From an uncultured Pelagibacteraceae bacterium (GTDB taxonomy: Bacteria; Pseudomonadota; Alphaproteobacteria; Pelagibacterales; Pelagibacteraceae): DNA of 64,000 nt. Both the position numbers and the translations under genes were made by a program. This document shows positions 29,294 through 38,995 of the stretch, one piece after another. The stretch lies in contig CACJUZ010000002.1 in assembly GCA_902596745.1 (NCBI GenBank), forward strand, positions 57,545 through 121,544, written 5' to 3'. The notes beneath the pieces are model-generated. The model saw only the letters and a list, made by a program, of their open reading frames with translations. It searched no databases and was not told where the DNA came from. Every line of letters begins with the position of its first letter. Within the stretch, counting starts at the first letter, position 1.

Positions 29294-29667
29294 TTCTTAG
29301 GTTTAAAAACTAAACATGTGCCGTTATTACAATATCTTTTGCCTGTAGGCTTTGGACCATCGTCAAACAAATGTCCATGATGTCCTTTACAATTTTTACA
29401 ATGGTATTCAGTTCTTGGATAACCAATCAAGTTATCAGTTTTTGTTCCAAATACATTCGGAAGTGATTTAAAAAATGATGGCCAGCCAGTTCCGCTATCA
29501 AATTTCATATTAGAGTCAAATAATTTTATTCCGCATCCAGCACAATGATAAGTACCCTCTCTTTTTTCATTGTTTAAAGGGCTGGATCCTGGAGGCTCTG
29601 TACCCTCTTGCCTTAATATATAATTCTGCTCAGGAGTTAGATTACTATCCCAATCTTTACTTTTCAT
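29290..29667 (-). CDS. msrB: Peptide-methionine (R)-S-oxide reductase
   Basis: [40 protein letters not shown]; start moved to ATG 29667. Confidence 0.93.
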   Translation of the reverse strand: MKSKDWDSNLTPEQNYILRQEGTEPPGSSPLNNEKREGTYHCAGCGIKLFDSNMKFDSGTGWPSFFKSLPNVFGTKTDNLIGYPRTEYHCKNCKGHHGHLFDDGPKPTGKRYCNNGTCLVFKPKK

Positions 29668-30235
29668 CTTTAACTTTGTCATCAACGCCGTAAGGTTTGA
29701 ATGTACCTTTGTTTCCAATTTTAATTTCTTTAGCAGGGATTCCTATTACAGTTGCATTTTCTTTGACATCGTTAACCACAACAGCATTAGCAGCTACTCT
29801 TGCATTGTCTCCAATTTTCACTGGACCTAAAATTTGTGCGCCTGATCCAATTACAACATTATTTCCAATTGAGGGATGTCTTTTTTCATGCCTTTGTCTT
29901 TCGCTATCGATACTTGGTGATATGCCTCCTAATGTAACAGCATGATAAATTGTAACGTTATCTCCAATCTCTGAGGTTTCACCTATAACTACTCCCATTC
30001 CATGATCTATAAATAAATTTTTTCCAATTTTTGCTCCTGGATGTATTTCTATCCCAGTAAAAAATCTTGCTGTTTGAGAAATAATTCTGGCAATTAAATC
30101 AAATCCCGCAATGAAGAAAAAATTTGATATTTTATGAAAAAGTACAGCTTTCACGCCTGGATAAGTGAGAATGATACTCACTAAAGATTTTGCCGCAGGG
30201 TCTCTAGATTTTATAGACTCTAAATAATCAATCAT
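29657..30235 (-). CDS. cysE: Serine O-acetyltransferase (short form)
   Basis: [33 protein letters not shown], hexapeptide repeats. Confidence 0.92.
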   Translation of the reverse strand: MIDYLESIKSRDPAAKSLVSIILTYPGVKAVLFHKISNFFFIAGFDLIARIISQTARFFTGIEIHPGAKIGKNLFIDHGMGVVIGETSEIGDNVTIYHAVTLGGISPSIDSERQRHEKRHPSIGNNVVIGSGAQILGPVKIGDNARVAANAVVVNDVKENATVIGIPAKEIKIGNKGTFKPYGVDDKVKDEK

Positions 30236-30293
30236 ACTATGTATATAATGACTACTTGAAAAATTTAAAGAATTATTTATAACGTCACAAATT

Positions 30294-30692
30294 ATGAGTA
30301 AACCATTTCATTTAGCTATACCAGCAGGTAATTTGGATACCGCTATTGATTTCTATAAGAACGTTCTTGGATGCAAATTGGGTAATGGTGAAAAAGATAA
30401 GTGGATTGATGTTGATTTTTGGGGAAACGAACTTACTCTACACAAAACTGAAACTAAACTTCCAAGAGAGAGACATGATGTAGATATGGGTAAAGTTCCT
30501 GTTCCTCATTTTGGAGTTCATTTAAGTTCAGATGTATTCGACAAAATTAAAAAAAATATAGAACAACACGAAAAAGTTAATTATCTTGATAATCCTTACA
30601 CTAGGTTTAAAGGTCAAAAAGAAGAGCAAGAAACATTCTTTATTGAAGATCCACATGGTAACGTTTTAGAGCTTAAAACGATGAAGAATTAG
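30294..30692 (+). CDS. VOC/glyoxalase-family protein
   Basis: PFHLAIP...[29 protein letters not shown]. Confidence 0.85.
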   Translation: MSKPFHLAIPAGNLDTAIDFYKNVLGCKLGNGEKDKWIDVDFWGNELTLHKTETKLPRERHDVDMGKVPVPHFGVHLSSDVFDKIKKNIEQHEKVNYLDNPYTRFKGQKEEQETFFIEDPHGNVLELKTMKN

Positions 30693-30695
30693 TCA

Positions 30696-30725
30696 TTGAC
30701 TAGTGTTCATTAAACTTGATATAAT
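30696..30725 (+). promoter_or_regulatory. Sigma70 promoter of the metY leader
   Basis: TTGACT-18 bp-TATAAT with extended TG, just upstream of the SAM-II-like stem. Confidence 0.75.
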
Positions 30726-30732
30726 CGTTCTA

Positions 30733-30783
30733 TAGCGCCGAGTTAATACAAATTGCGGGCGCTTAACAAATCCAGCTAAAGCG
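30733..30783 (+). ncRNA. SAM-II-type riboswitch aptamer, possibly variant or degenerate
   Basis: P1 AGCGCC(30734-39)/GGCGCT(30758-63), loop ending UUGCG, 3' tail AAAUCCAGCUAAAG; upstream of a methionine gene. Confidence 0.75.
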
Positions 30784-30794
30784 TTTAGTCTTAG

Positions 30795-30823
30795 ACCACC
30801 GCTTTAGCCGGTGGTTTTTTTTT
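30795..30823 (+). terminator. Riboswitch-controlled intrinsic terminator (SAM-II expression platform)
   Basis: ACCACCG-loop-CGGTGGT with a T9 run; CGCTTTAGC (30800-08) is the exact complement of aptamer tail GCTAAAGCG (30775-83), forming an antiterminator. Confidence 0.88.
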
Positions 30824-30837
30824 ACGTAAATAAAAAA

Positions 30838-30894
30838 CCGGGTATTTGAACTGTATTGTACACCTGACATTTCGTCGAAGTACTAAAAAAGGAG
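30838..30894 (+). ncRNA. SAM-V riboswitch adjoining the metY RBS
   Basis: GGGUAUUUGAACUGUAUUGUACACCUG...AAGUACUAAAAAAGGAG closely matches the SAM-V pattern as I recall it; the 3' strand runs into the AGGAG RBS. Confidence 0.9.
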
Positions 30895-30900
30895 AAAAAA

Positions 30901-32193
30901 ATGAGTAAAATTAAACATCCAGAAACAATAGGTTTGCATGGTGGTGAGTATAGAGCTGATCCTGCAACAACATCTGTAGCGGTACCAATTTACCAAACTA
31001 CTTCTTACCAATTTAAAAATGCAGAAACAGCTGCGAATTTATTTGGATTGAAAGAATTTGGAAATATTTACACAAGAATAATGAATCCAACTTGTGATGT
31101 TTTAGAAAAAAGGGTTGCTGCTTTAGAAGGCGGAATGGCTGCTGTGGCAGTAGGTTCTGGTCAAGCTGCGTCAGCTTTTTGTGTTCAAAATGTTTGTCAG
31201 GCTGGTGATAATATTGTTTCTTCAACAGATTTATACGGTGGAACAGTAAATCTTTTCAAAAATACTTTAAGGATGCAGGGCATCGAAGTAAGGTTCGCAG
31301 ATCCTGCTGATCCAAAAAACTTTGAAAAATTAACTGATGAAAAAACAAGAGCTTATTACGGTGAGTCTTGCCCTAACCCTTATTTAAGGGTTTTTCCAAT
31401 TAAGGAAGTTGCTGACATCGGTAAAAAACATGGCATCCCATTAATTATCGATAACACTGCAGCACCTGTAATTTGTAGACCATTAGAACATGGAGCGGCA
31501 GTAGTGATGCACTCTTTAACGAAGTACATCGCTGGTCACGGTACATCGATTGGAGGAATAATAGTTGATAGTGGAAATTTCGATTGGGTAAAAGATCCAA
31601 AGAGACAACCTTTGTTTAATGAACCTGATCCAAGCTACAATGGAGCAGTATGGGGAAGAGATGTTCCAAAACTTACTGGAGCAAATATTCCTTTCGCAAT
31701 TAGAGCTCGTGTGGTTTTGTTACGAGACTTAGGTGCTCCGCTTTCACCATTTAATGCTTTTCAGATTATACAGGGACTTGAAACTGTTGCATTAAGAATG
31801 AAACAACATTGTTCTAACGCTGAAAAAGTGGTTAAATTTCTTGAATCACAAAAAAAAGTGAAGAACGTAATTTATCCCACTAATCACCAAGGTGAAATCA
31901 GAGAAAGAGCTAAAAGATATATGAAAGGTGGCTATGGATCTTTAGTAGGTATGGATTTAGGAACTAAAGAAGCTGGTGCTAAATTTATAGATAATTTAAA
32001 GCTGCTTTATCATGTTGCAAACATTGGTGATGCTAGAAGTTTAGCAATTCACCCAGCATCAACAACGCACAGTCAATTGAATGATAAACAGTTGGCTGAA
32101 GCTGGTGTAACACCTGGGTACGTCAGATTGTCCATCGGTATTGAGCATCCTGACGATATTATTGCAGATATTGAACAAGCTTTAGCTGCATAA
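30901..32193 (+). CDS. metY: O-acetylhomoserine sulfhydrylase / aminocarboxypropyltransferase
   Basis: PIYQTTSY, GNIYTRIMNPT, HSLTKYIAGHG (PLP lysine), ANIGDARSLAIHPASTTH. Confidence 0.94.
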   Translation: MSKIKHPETIGLHGGEYRADPATTSVAVPIYQTTSYQFKNAETAANLFGLKEFGNIYTRIMNPTCDVLEKRVAALEGGMAAVAVGSGQAASAFCVQNVCQAGDNIVSSTDLYGGTVNLFKNTLRMQGIEVRFADPADPKNFEKLTDEKTRAYYGESCPNPYLRVFPIKEVADIGKKHGIPLIIDNTAAPVICRPLEHGAAVVMHSLTKYIAGHGTSIGGIIVDSGNFDWVKDPKRQPLFNEPDPSYNGAVWGRDVPKLTGANIPFAIRARVVLLRDLGAPLSPFNAFQIIQGLETVALRMKQHCSNAEKVVKFLESQKKVKNVIYPTNHQGEIRERAKRYMKGGYGSLVGMDLGTKEAGAKFIDNLKLLYHVANIGDARSLAIHPASTTHSQLNDKQLAEAGVTPGYVRLSIGIEHPDDIIADIEQALAA

Positions 32194-32215
32194 TTGCTTT
32201 GTGAATTAGATTTGC

Positions 32216-32244
32216 TTGACGTGACAACATCTTCAAAATAAGAT
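32216..32244 (+). promoter_or_regulatory. Sigma70 promoter for the DMGDH-like/etfBA operon
   Basis: TTGACG-17 bp-TAAGAT, 14 nt before ATG 32259. Confidence 0.65.
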
Positions 32245-32258
32245 TTCATAATATTTCT

Positions 32259-34691
32259 ATGAAATCAAAAACTAAAGTAGTCGTAGTTGGTGGAGGTGTT
32301 GTTGGCGTCAGTACGCTTTATCATTTAGCCAAAAAAGGATGGTCAGACGTAGTTCTTATAGAACGAAAAGAACTCACATCTGGTTCGACTTGGCACGCAG
32401 CTGGTTTATTGCCTTTATTTAATATGAGTTATTCTGTTGGTCAACTTCACAGATACGCTGTTCAACTTTATAAATCTTTAGAAAAAGAAACTGGAAAAAA
32501 TGTTGGTTTCAGTGTGGTCTCAAATATACGATTGGCTCAAACTCAAGATAGGATGGATGAATATCATCAATACGCAGGTGTTGCGAAAACAATTGGAGTT
32601 GATGTAAAATTTTTAAAACCGGAACAAGTAAAAGAAATTTGGCCTTTATGTAACATAGAGGGTTTAGTTGGAGCAATTCAACATCCAGAAGATGGGTATA
32701 TTCAGCCAGCAGATTTGACACAAGCTATGGCAACGGGAGCAAGAAATCATGGCGCAGAAATTTATAGAAACACAACTGTCTCAGGAATAAAACAAACTAA
32801 AGACGGCTGGGTAGTTCAGACAGATAAAGGGGATATAACTTGTGAACATGTAGTTTCTTGTAGTGGTAACTTTGCAAGACAAACAGGAAGAATGGTAGGA
32901 TTAGAAGTTCCAGTTATGCCAGTCGAACATCAATACATAGTAACTGAACCACATCCAGAAATTCAAAAAAGAAAAAAAGAAGGCAAACCAGAGATGGGGG
33001 TTTTAAGAGATAGCGATAACTCTTGGTACATGAGAGAAGAAGCTGGCGGATTATTACTCGGTCCTTATGAAAAAGGCGCTCCATGTTGTTATGTCGATGG
33101 ACCTTCAAAAGATAGCGAGTACGAATTATTTCAAGAAGATTTAGATAGATTAGCTCCGCATATAGAAGGAGCAATTAAAAGAGTGCCAGCATTTGGAGAA
33201 GTTGGAGTAAAAAAAGTTTATAATGGAGCAATAGCTTACACTCCTGATGGAAATCCAATTGTTGGGCCTGCTTGGGGTTTAAAAAACTTTTGGATAAATG
33301 AAGGACATAGTTTTGGTATTACAGCAGCAGGTGGTGCAGGATGGCAATTAGCTGAATGGATTATAGACGGAGAACCAACAATAGATATGTTAGGTGTAGA
33401 ACCAAGAAGATACGGTGCTTACGTAACTAAATCTTATTTAAAAGAAAAAAATGAGGAAGCTTATGCAAATGTATTTACTGTTCACTACCCGGATGAAGAG
33501 CGTGAAGCTGGTCGACCATTAAGACAAGCGCCTTGTTATGATAGATTAAAAAAACTAGGAGCTGTTTTTGGTCAAAAGTTTGGATGGGAAAGAGCAAACT
33601 TTTTTGCAGAAAAAGGAGAGAAACAAGAAGATGACTGGTCATTTAGAAGATCTAAATGGTTTAAAAATGTTGAGCGTGAATGTAAAAATGTTAAAGAAAA
33701 TGTCGGATTGCTAGACATGACCGCATTTGGGAAATGTAGAATTAAAGGTCCTGGAGCTGAGGAGTTTTTAGATAAACTAGTTGCTAATAAATTACCAAAA
33801 AAAATAGGAAGAATTAATCTTTGTCACGCACTAAATACAAAAGGTGGGGTTCATTCAGAGTTTACCATAATGAGAGAAGCTGAAGATAGTTTTTATTTAG
33901 TTTCTGCTGGTGCATATCAAAGACTTGATCACGATTGGATACATAAATGGATGCCCGAGGATGGCACTGTTCAATATGAAAATTTAACAAATAGCATGGG
34001 AGTATTAGTAGTAACCGGCCCTAAAGCAAGACAACTAATGCAAAAGGTTTCAAGATCAGATTTTTCTAATGAAAGATTTAAATGGTTAAGTGCCCAAAAT
34101 ATTAATATTGGATTAGCTCCTTGTAATGCTATGAGAGTAAACTTTGTGGGTGAATTAGGATGGGAATTACATCACCCGATTGAGTATCAAAATCATATTT
34201 TCGATCAACTTATGGAGGCTGGAAAAGAATTTGGTATTAAGCCATACGGTATAAGAGCTATGAATAGTTTAAGAGTTGAGAAATCTTACAAACTAGTGGG
34301 TACAGAATTATCAATTGAATATTCTCCTTACGAGTCTGGTTTAGATAGATTTATCCATCCTAATAAGGGAGATTTTATAGGTCGTGCGGCATTAGACAAA
34401 TGGAGAGCAAAAGGCTTTTCAAATAAATTGGTAACTATGGAGATTCATGGTGTTACAGATGCCGATGTTTTAGGAAATAATCCAATTTACGATAATGGAT
34501 CAGTGGTTGGAAGAGCTACAGGTGGGGATTTTGGATTTAGATTAAACAAATCTATAGCTTTAGGAATGGTTAAGCCTGAGCTAGCAAAAGTAGGAAAAAA
34601 ATTAAAAATTGATATTCTTGGTAAAATGCATGAGGCTTCTATAGTAGAAGACTCTCCTTACGATGCCGAAAATAAATTACTCAGAGCTTAA
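32259..34691 (+). CDS. Dimethylglycine/sarcosine dehydrogenase-family flavoprotein (DAO + GcvT domains)
   Basis: [19 protein letters not shown] (covalent FAD His), [29 protein letters not shown]; exact substrate not determinable from sequence. Confidence 0.88.
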   Translation: MKSKTKVVVVGGGVVGVSTLYHLAKKGWSDVVLIERKELTSGSTWHAAGLLPLFNMSYSVGQLHRYAVQLYKSLEKETGKNVGFSVVSNIRLAQTQDRMDEYHQYAGVAKTIGVDVKFLKPEQVKEIWPLCNIEGLVGAIQHPEDGYIQPADLTQAMATGARNHGAEIYRNTTVSGIKQTKDGWVVQTDKGDITCEHVVSCSGNFARQTGRMVGLEVPVMPVEHQYIVTEPHPEIQKRKKEGKPEMGVLRDSDNSWYMREEAGGLLLGPYEKGAPCCYVDGPSKDSEYELFQEDLDRLAPHIEGAIKRVPAFGEVGVKKVYNGAIAYTPDGNPIVGPAWGLKNFWINEGHSFGITAAGGAGWQLAEWIIDGEPTIDMLGVEPRRYGAYVTKSYLKEKNEEAYANVFTVHYPDEEREAGRPLRQAPCYDRLKKLGAVFGQKFGWERANFFAEKGEKQEDDWSFRRSKWFKNVERECKNVKENVGLLDMTAFGKCRIKGPGAEEFLDKLVANKLPKKIGRINLCHALNTKGGVHSEFTIMREAEDSFYLVSAGAYQRLDHDWIHKWMPEDGTVQYENLTNSMGVLVVTGPKARQLMQKVSRSDFSNERFKWLSAQNINIGLAPCNAMRVNFVGELGWELHHPIEYQNHIFDQLMEAGKEFGIKPYGIRAMNSLRVEKSYKLVGTELSIEYSPYESGLDRFIHPNKGDFIGRAALDKWRAKGFSNKLVTMEIHGVTDADVLGNNPIYDNGSVVGRATGGDFGFRLNKSIALGMVKPELAKVGKKLKIDILGKMHEASIVEDSPYDAENKLLRA

Positions 34692-35440
34692 TGAAAATCT
34701 TAGTAGCAGTTAAAAGAGTTATTGATTACAACGTTCAAATTAGAGTTAAAGAGGACGGCTCTGGTGTCCATACAGATAATGTAAAAATGTCAACTAATCC
34801 TCCCGACGATAATGCTGTGGAAGAGTCAGTAAAACTTAAAGAATCTGGCAAAGTAAAAGAAGTTGTCGCTATTTCAATTGGTGAAGATAAAGCACAAGAA
34901 ACAATAAGGAAAGCTCTTGCAGTTGGCGCTGATAAAGGAATTCATGTTAAAGCTGATAACTACATAGAGCCGTTAGGAATAGCAAAAATATTAAAAAAAA
35001 TTGTAGAAAAAGAAAAACCGGATATGGTTTTTTTGGGCAAACAAGCTATTGATGATGATTGTAATCAAACTGGTCAAATGTTAGCTGCAATGCTTAATTG
35101 GCCTCAAGCTACTTTTACTTCTAAGGTAAATTTAAAAGAGAAGTCTGTTGAAATAGTTAGAGAAATTGATGAAGGACTAGAGACAATTGAAGTAAATTTA
35201 CCAGCGGTAGTTTCTTGTGATTTGAGATTAAACGAACCAAGGTTTGCTTCTTTACCGAATATTATGAAGGCAAAAAAGAAACCAATGGAACAAATAAATG
35301 CAAAAGATTTAGGAGTAGATCTTACGAATAGAATTCAGCAAATAAAAGTCGAAGAACCACCTAAAAGAAAAGCAGGAATTAAAGTTGCAAACGTTGCTGA
35401 GTTAGTAAGTAAACTTAAAAATGAGGCTAAGGTATTATAA
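34691..35440 (+). CDS. etfB: Electron transfer flavoprotein beta subunit
   Basis: [51 protein letters not shown]. Confidence 0.95.
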   Translation: MKILVAVKRVIDYNVQIRVKEDGSGVHTDNVKMSTNPPDDNAVEESVKLKESGKVKEVVAISIGEDKAQETIRKALAVGADKGIHVKADNYIEPLGIAKILKKIVEKEKPDMVFLGKQAIDDDCNQTGQMLAAMLNWPQATFTSKVNLKEKSVEIVREIDEGLETIEVNLPAVVSCDLRLNEPRFASLPNIMKAKKKPMEQINAKDLGVDLTNRIQQIKVEEPPKRKAGIKVANVAELVSKLKNEAKVL

Positions 35441-36393
35441 TGTCAGTATTATTAATTGCAGAACATGATAATTCAAAATTAAAACCATTTACTCTAAATG
35501 CTATTACAGCAGCATCGAAAATTGATAGTGATGTTCATGTTTTAGTAGCTGGAGCAAATTGTGAAAATGTTACAAAAGAAGTGGCGAGTGTTCCGCTTGT
35601 TAAAAAAGTTTTATGGTGTGACTCGCCAAATTATCAAAATTATTTACCTGAAAATTTAGCACCTTTAGTAACAAAGACTGCTGAAAAATATGATCACATT
35701 GTAGCATCTGCAAATACGTTTGGAAAAAATTTTATGCCAAGAGTAGCTGCTGCGTTAGATATTTCACAAGTAAGTGATATCATTAAAGTATCAAGTCCTG
35801 ATACTTTTATTAGACCTATTTACGCTGGGAATGCTTTTGCTACAGTCAAAAGCAATGACAAAAAGAAGTGTGTAACAATAAGACCAACTTCTTTTGATCC
35901 TGCTGAAAAAACTGGTGGCTCTGCACAAGTTGAAAAGATTGAAGCTGTTGATGTGCCGAATTCATCAAAATTTATTAAAAGAGAAGAAACTAAATCAGAA
36001 AGACCTGAACTTGGAACTGCAAGAATAGTTGTTTCAGGTGGTAGAGGATTAGAAAGTGGAGAAAATTTTAAATTAATTACAGATATCGCTGATAAGCTTA
36101 ATGCTGCTGTTGGCGCATCACGAGCTGCTGTCGATGCAGGTTACATAAGTAACGATCACCAAGTTGGGCAAACAGGTAAAGTTGTAGTTCCCGATTTATA
36201 CATTGCTGTAGGAATCTCTGGTGCAATTCAACACTTAGCTGGTATGAAAGAGAGTAAAATAATTGTCGCAATTAACAAAGATGGTGAAGCTCCAATTTTT
36301 AGTGTTGCAGACTATGGTTTAGAAGCAGATTTATTTAAAGCTCTTCCTGAGTTTTTAGCTGAATTAAATAAACTCAATACTATTCAAAAATAA
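35440..36393 (+). CDS. etfA: Electron transfer flavoprotein alpha subunit
   Basis: RPIYAGNA, VVSGGRG, GASRAAVDAG, QVGQTGK, GISGAIQHLAGM. Confidence 0.95.
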   Translation: MSVLLIAEHDNSKLKPFTLNAITAASKIDSDVHVLVAGANCENVTKEVASVPLVKKVLWCDSPNYQNYLPENLAPLVTKTAEKYDHIVASANTFGKNFMPRVAAALDISQVSDIIKVSSPDTFIRPIYAGNAFATVKSNDKKKCVTIRPTSFDPAEKTGGSAQVEKIEAVDVPNSSKFIKREETKSERPELGTARIVVSGGRGLESGENFKLITDIADKLNAAVGASRAAVDAGYISNDHQVGQTGKVVVPDLYIAVGISGAIQHLAGMKESKIIVAINKDGEAPIFSVADYGLEADLFKALPEFLAELNKLNTIQK

Positions 36394-36978
36394 TTATTTA
36401 TAAGCAACGTTGTTTAAAAATTGATTAAACTTATTAGTGACAGCTCCAACATTTAGATGATCTGTCTTTCTTAATTTTTCTTGTTCTGAACTATAATCGA
36501 CGCATAAAGCTCTTACATTTGATCCATCTTTAAGCATAAAATAATTAGCTACAACTTTGGTCTTTCCTGTCTTATCTACTTGATGTGGAAATGTTTTACT
36601 TTGTCTTTGTGTATTTTCAAATAATGAGGATGCCTCTTCAGCTATCTTTAATGCTAAAGATGTACAATCTTTAAAATTTTTATTTTTATAAGATTTAATA
36701 GCCATAATACCTTCTATTAAGAACTCATTATCATTAGATCTAAATGAAATTTGAACACGCTCAAAAGTTTTTAGATTTAAATTAGCTATTATTGTTTTGT
36801 ATTTATCTGATTTATAATTAGAGACAACTTTACTATTTTTTATTTGAGAAGTTGTCATATGTTTCAATAAACTATCTCCAATACTTATCCCTTCAATTTG
36901 AAAGTCTCTGATATCATCCGACTTGGATGAGGTTGTTAAACTTAAACTTAAAATTATAATTGCTAAAAATTTTTTCAT
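36394..36978 (-). CDS. Exported hypothetical protein (DIRDFQIEGISIGDSLL-type)
   Basis: Signal peptide MKKFLAIIILSLSL; two Cys; fills the intergenic space exactly; overlaps the upstream ORF stop (TAATG). Confidence 0.8.
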   Translation of the reverse strand: MKKFLAIIILSLSLTTSSKSDDIRDFQIEGISIGDSLLKHMTTSQIKNSKVVSNYKSDKYKTIIANLNLKTFERVQISFRSNDNEFLIEGIMAIKSYKNKNFKDCTSLALKIAEEASSLFENTQRQSKTFPHQVDKTGKTKVVANYFMLKDGSNVRALCVDYSSEQEKLRKTDHLNVGAVTNKFNQFLNNVAYK

Positions 36979-37313
36979 TAATCACAAGCTAGATTTTCTC
37001 TAGCTCCCATCAATACTCCGCCCCAAAAACCAGTTACACCACTATTTGCATTATCTCTTCTAACTGCTTCACATTCTAACATTTTTCTAGTTCTTATGTT
37101 TTCTTTTCTAGCGATATCTATTTGCATTAAACAATTAGAGAATTGTGCTGTACCTTTTTTAAAACCATAATATTCACAAGTTTTTTTATCATTTTTCATT
37201 TGAAGTTCTTGTGACATTCTTTCACGCTCTAGTCTTTGTCTGTCTCTTTCTGCAAGATAATCAGCACATCCCATTAAAAAAAGCATTGGTAATAAGATCA
37301 GAATTTTATTCAT
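36978..37313 (-). CDS. Hypothetical lipoprotein
   Basis: Lipobox LMGC; CEYYGFKKGTAQFSNC; Gly-rich C-terminal GVTGFWGGVLMG segment flanked by Cys. Confidence 0.78.
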   Translation of the reverse strand: MNKILILLPMLFLMGCADYLAERDRQRLERERMSQELQMKNDKKTCEYYGFKKGTAQFSNCLMQIDIARKENIRTRKMLECEAVRRDNANSGVTGFWGGVLMGARENLACD

Positions 37314-37342
37314 AGATAAAATTTTATGATATAAGTTTTAGT

Positions 37343-38950
37343 ATGTCTAGAGAAGCAATTGAATATGATGTGGTTATCGTTGGTGCAGGTCCAGCAGGAT
37401 TAACTACTGCGATTAAACTTAAACAACTCGATCCGAATTTAAGTGTTTGCATACTTGAAAAAGGTTCTGAAGTTGGAGCGCATATTTTAAGTGGAAATGT
37501 ATTTGAAACTAAAGCTCTTGATGAGTTAATTCCAAATTGGAGGAATGAAAATGCTCCAATTAAAACAAAAGTTTCAAAGGAGAAGTTCCTATTTTTAGGT
37601 AAAAAATCATCTTTAAGTTGGCCTACTTGGCTTTTGCCAGCAGTACAAAAAAATCATAAAAATTACATTATTAGTCTTGCTAATTTCTGTCGTTGGTTAG
37701 CAGAACAAGCTGATAAACTGGGTGTAGAAATTTTTCCAGGTTTTCCAGCAAGTGAAGTTCTTTATAACGATGATGGATCTGTAAAAGGTGTAGCTACATT
37801 AGATATGGGTCTAGACAAAGAAGGTAATAAAAAAGATACCTATCAAGAAGGTATGGAATTGCACGCTAAAGTTACTGTTTTCTCTGAGGGTTGCAGAGGT
37901 CATTTAGGTAAACAATTAATTAAAAAATTTAATTTGGATGAAGGAAAAAACCCTCAGCAATACGGTATCGGACTTAAAGAAATTTGGGAAGTAAGTGAAC
38001 AACAACATCAAGAAGGCTTAGTTATGCATACAGCAGGCTGGCCATTAGATAGCAAAACTTATGGTGGAAGTTTTATTTATCATGCAGAAAATAGGCAAAT
38101 ATATTTAGGCTATGTAATAGGTTTAGATTACCAAAATCCTTACCTTTCTCCTTTTGATGAGTTTCAAAGATTTAAAACACACCCAGCGATAAGAAAAATG
38201 TTTGAGGGTGGTAAAAGAATTTCTTTTGGTGCAAGAGCTTTAATTGAAGGTGGAATTCAAAGTTTGCCTAAAATGTATATGCCTGGAGCATTGTTAATAG
38301 GTTGTGATGCTGGAACCTTAAATATGCCAAAAATAAAAGGTTCTCATACTGCCATGAAAAGTGGAATAGTTGCTGCGGAAGCGATCATAGAAAATATCAA
38401 AAATAAAGCTGATCTATCAATATATGAAAAGAAATTTAAAGAAAGCTGGGCATATAAAGAATTACATGCCGCTAGAAACGTCAAACCAAGTTTTAGTTGG
38501 GGATTGATATTAGGTATAATTTTTACAGGTATCGATCAGATTTTATTTAGGGGAAAATTGCCATTCACTTTAAAGCATAAGCATGCAGACCATGAAGCTT
38601 TAAAACCGGCGAAAGAAATGCCTAAGATAGAATACCCAAAACCTGACGGTAAACTAACTTTTGATAAGACAAGCTCAGTTTACTTAACAGGAACAAACCA
38701 CACTGAAAATCAACCTGTCCATTTAAAATTAAAGGACCCCGAATTACCAATTAAGTATACACTTCAAAAATATGATGAGCCCGCTCAAAGATATTGCCCA
38801 GTTGGAGTGTATGAAGTCCAAAAAGAGAAGTTTGTTATTAATTCTCAAAACTGTATCCACTGTAAAACATGTGATATTAAAGAGCCTTCTCAAAACATCA
38901 CTTGGGTTTGTCCTGAGGGTGGCGGTGGACCCAAATATGGCAATATGTAA
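37343..38950 (+). CDS. Electron transfer flavoprotein-ubiquinone oxidoreductase
   Basis: IVGAGPAG, EKGSEVGAHILSG, PKIKGSHTAMKSG, YCPVGVYE, NCIHCKTCDIK [4Fe-4S] motif. Confidence 0.95.
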   Translation: MSREAIEYDVVIVGAGPAGLTTAIKLKQLDPNLSVCILEKGSEVGAHILSGNVFETKALDELIPNWRNENAPIKTKVSKEKFLFLGKKSSLSWPTWLLPAVQKNHKNYIISLANFCRWLAEQADKLGVEIFPGFPASEVLYNDDGSVKGVATLDMGLDKEGNKKDTYQEGMELHAKVTVFSEGCRGHLGKQLIKKFNLDEGKNPQQYGIGLKEIWEVSEQQHQEGLVMHTAGWPLDSKTYGGSFIYHAENRQIYLGYVIGLDYQNPYLSPFDEFQRFKTHPAIRKMFEGGKRISFGARALIEGGIQSLPKMYMPGALLIGCDAGTLNMPKIKGSHTAMKSGIVAAEAIIENIKNKADLSIYEKKFKESWAYKELHAARNVKPSFSWGLILGIIFTGIDQILFRGKLPFTLKHKHADHEALKPAKEMPKIEYPKPDGKLTFDKTSSVYLTGTNHTENQPVHLKLKDPELPIKYTLQKYDEPAQRYCPVGVYEVQKEKFVINSQNCIHCKTCDIKEPSQNITWVCPEGGGGPKYGNM

Positions 38951-38995
38951 ATAATTCTTGTTGCTTTTGTATTGGATTGGTCTATACGGCTGGTA

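Noticed and set aside
26511-29667. Selenocysteine or stop read-through in grxC or msrB
   Set aside because: Both have ordinary Cys codons at the catalytic positions and no in-frame TGA
32194-32258. Glycine riboswitch upstream of the GcvT-domain dehydrogenase
   Set aside because: Gap is only 65 bp, is filled by a promoter, and has no glycine-aptamer motifs
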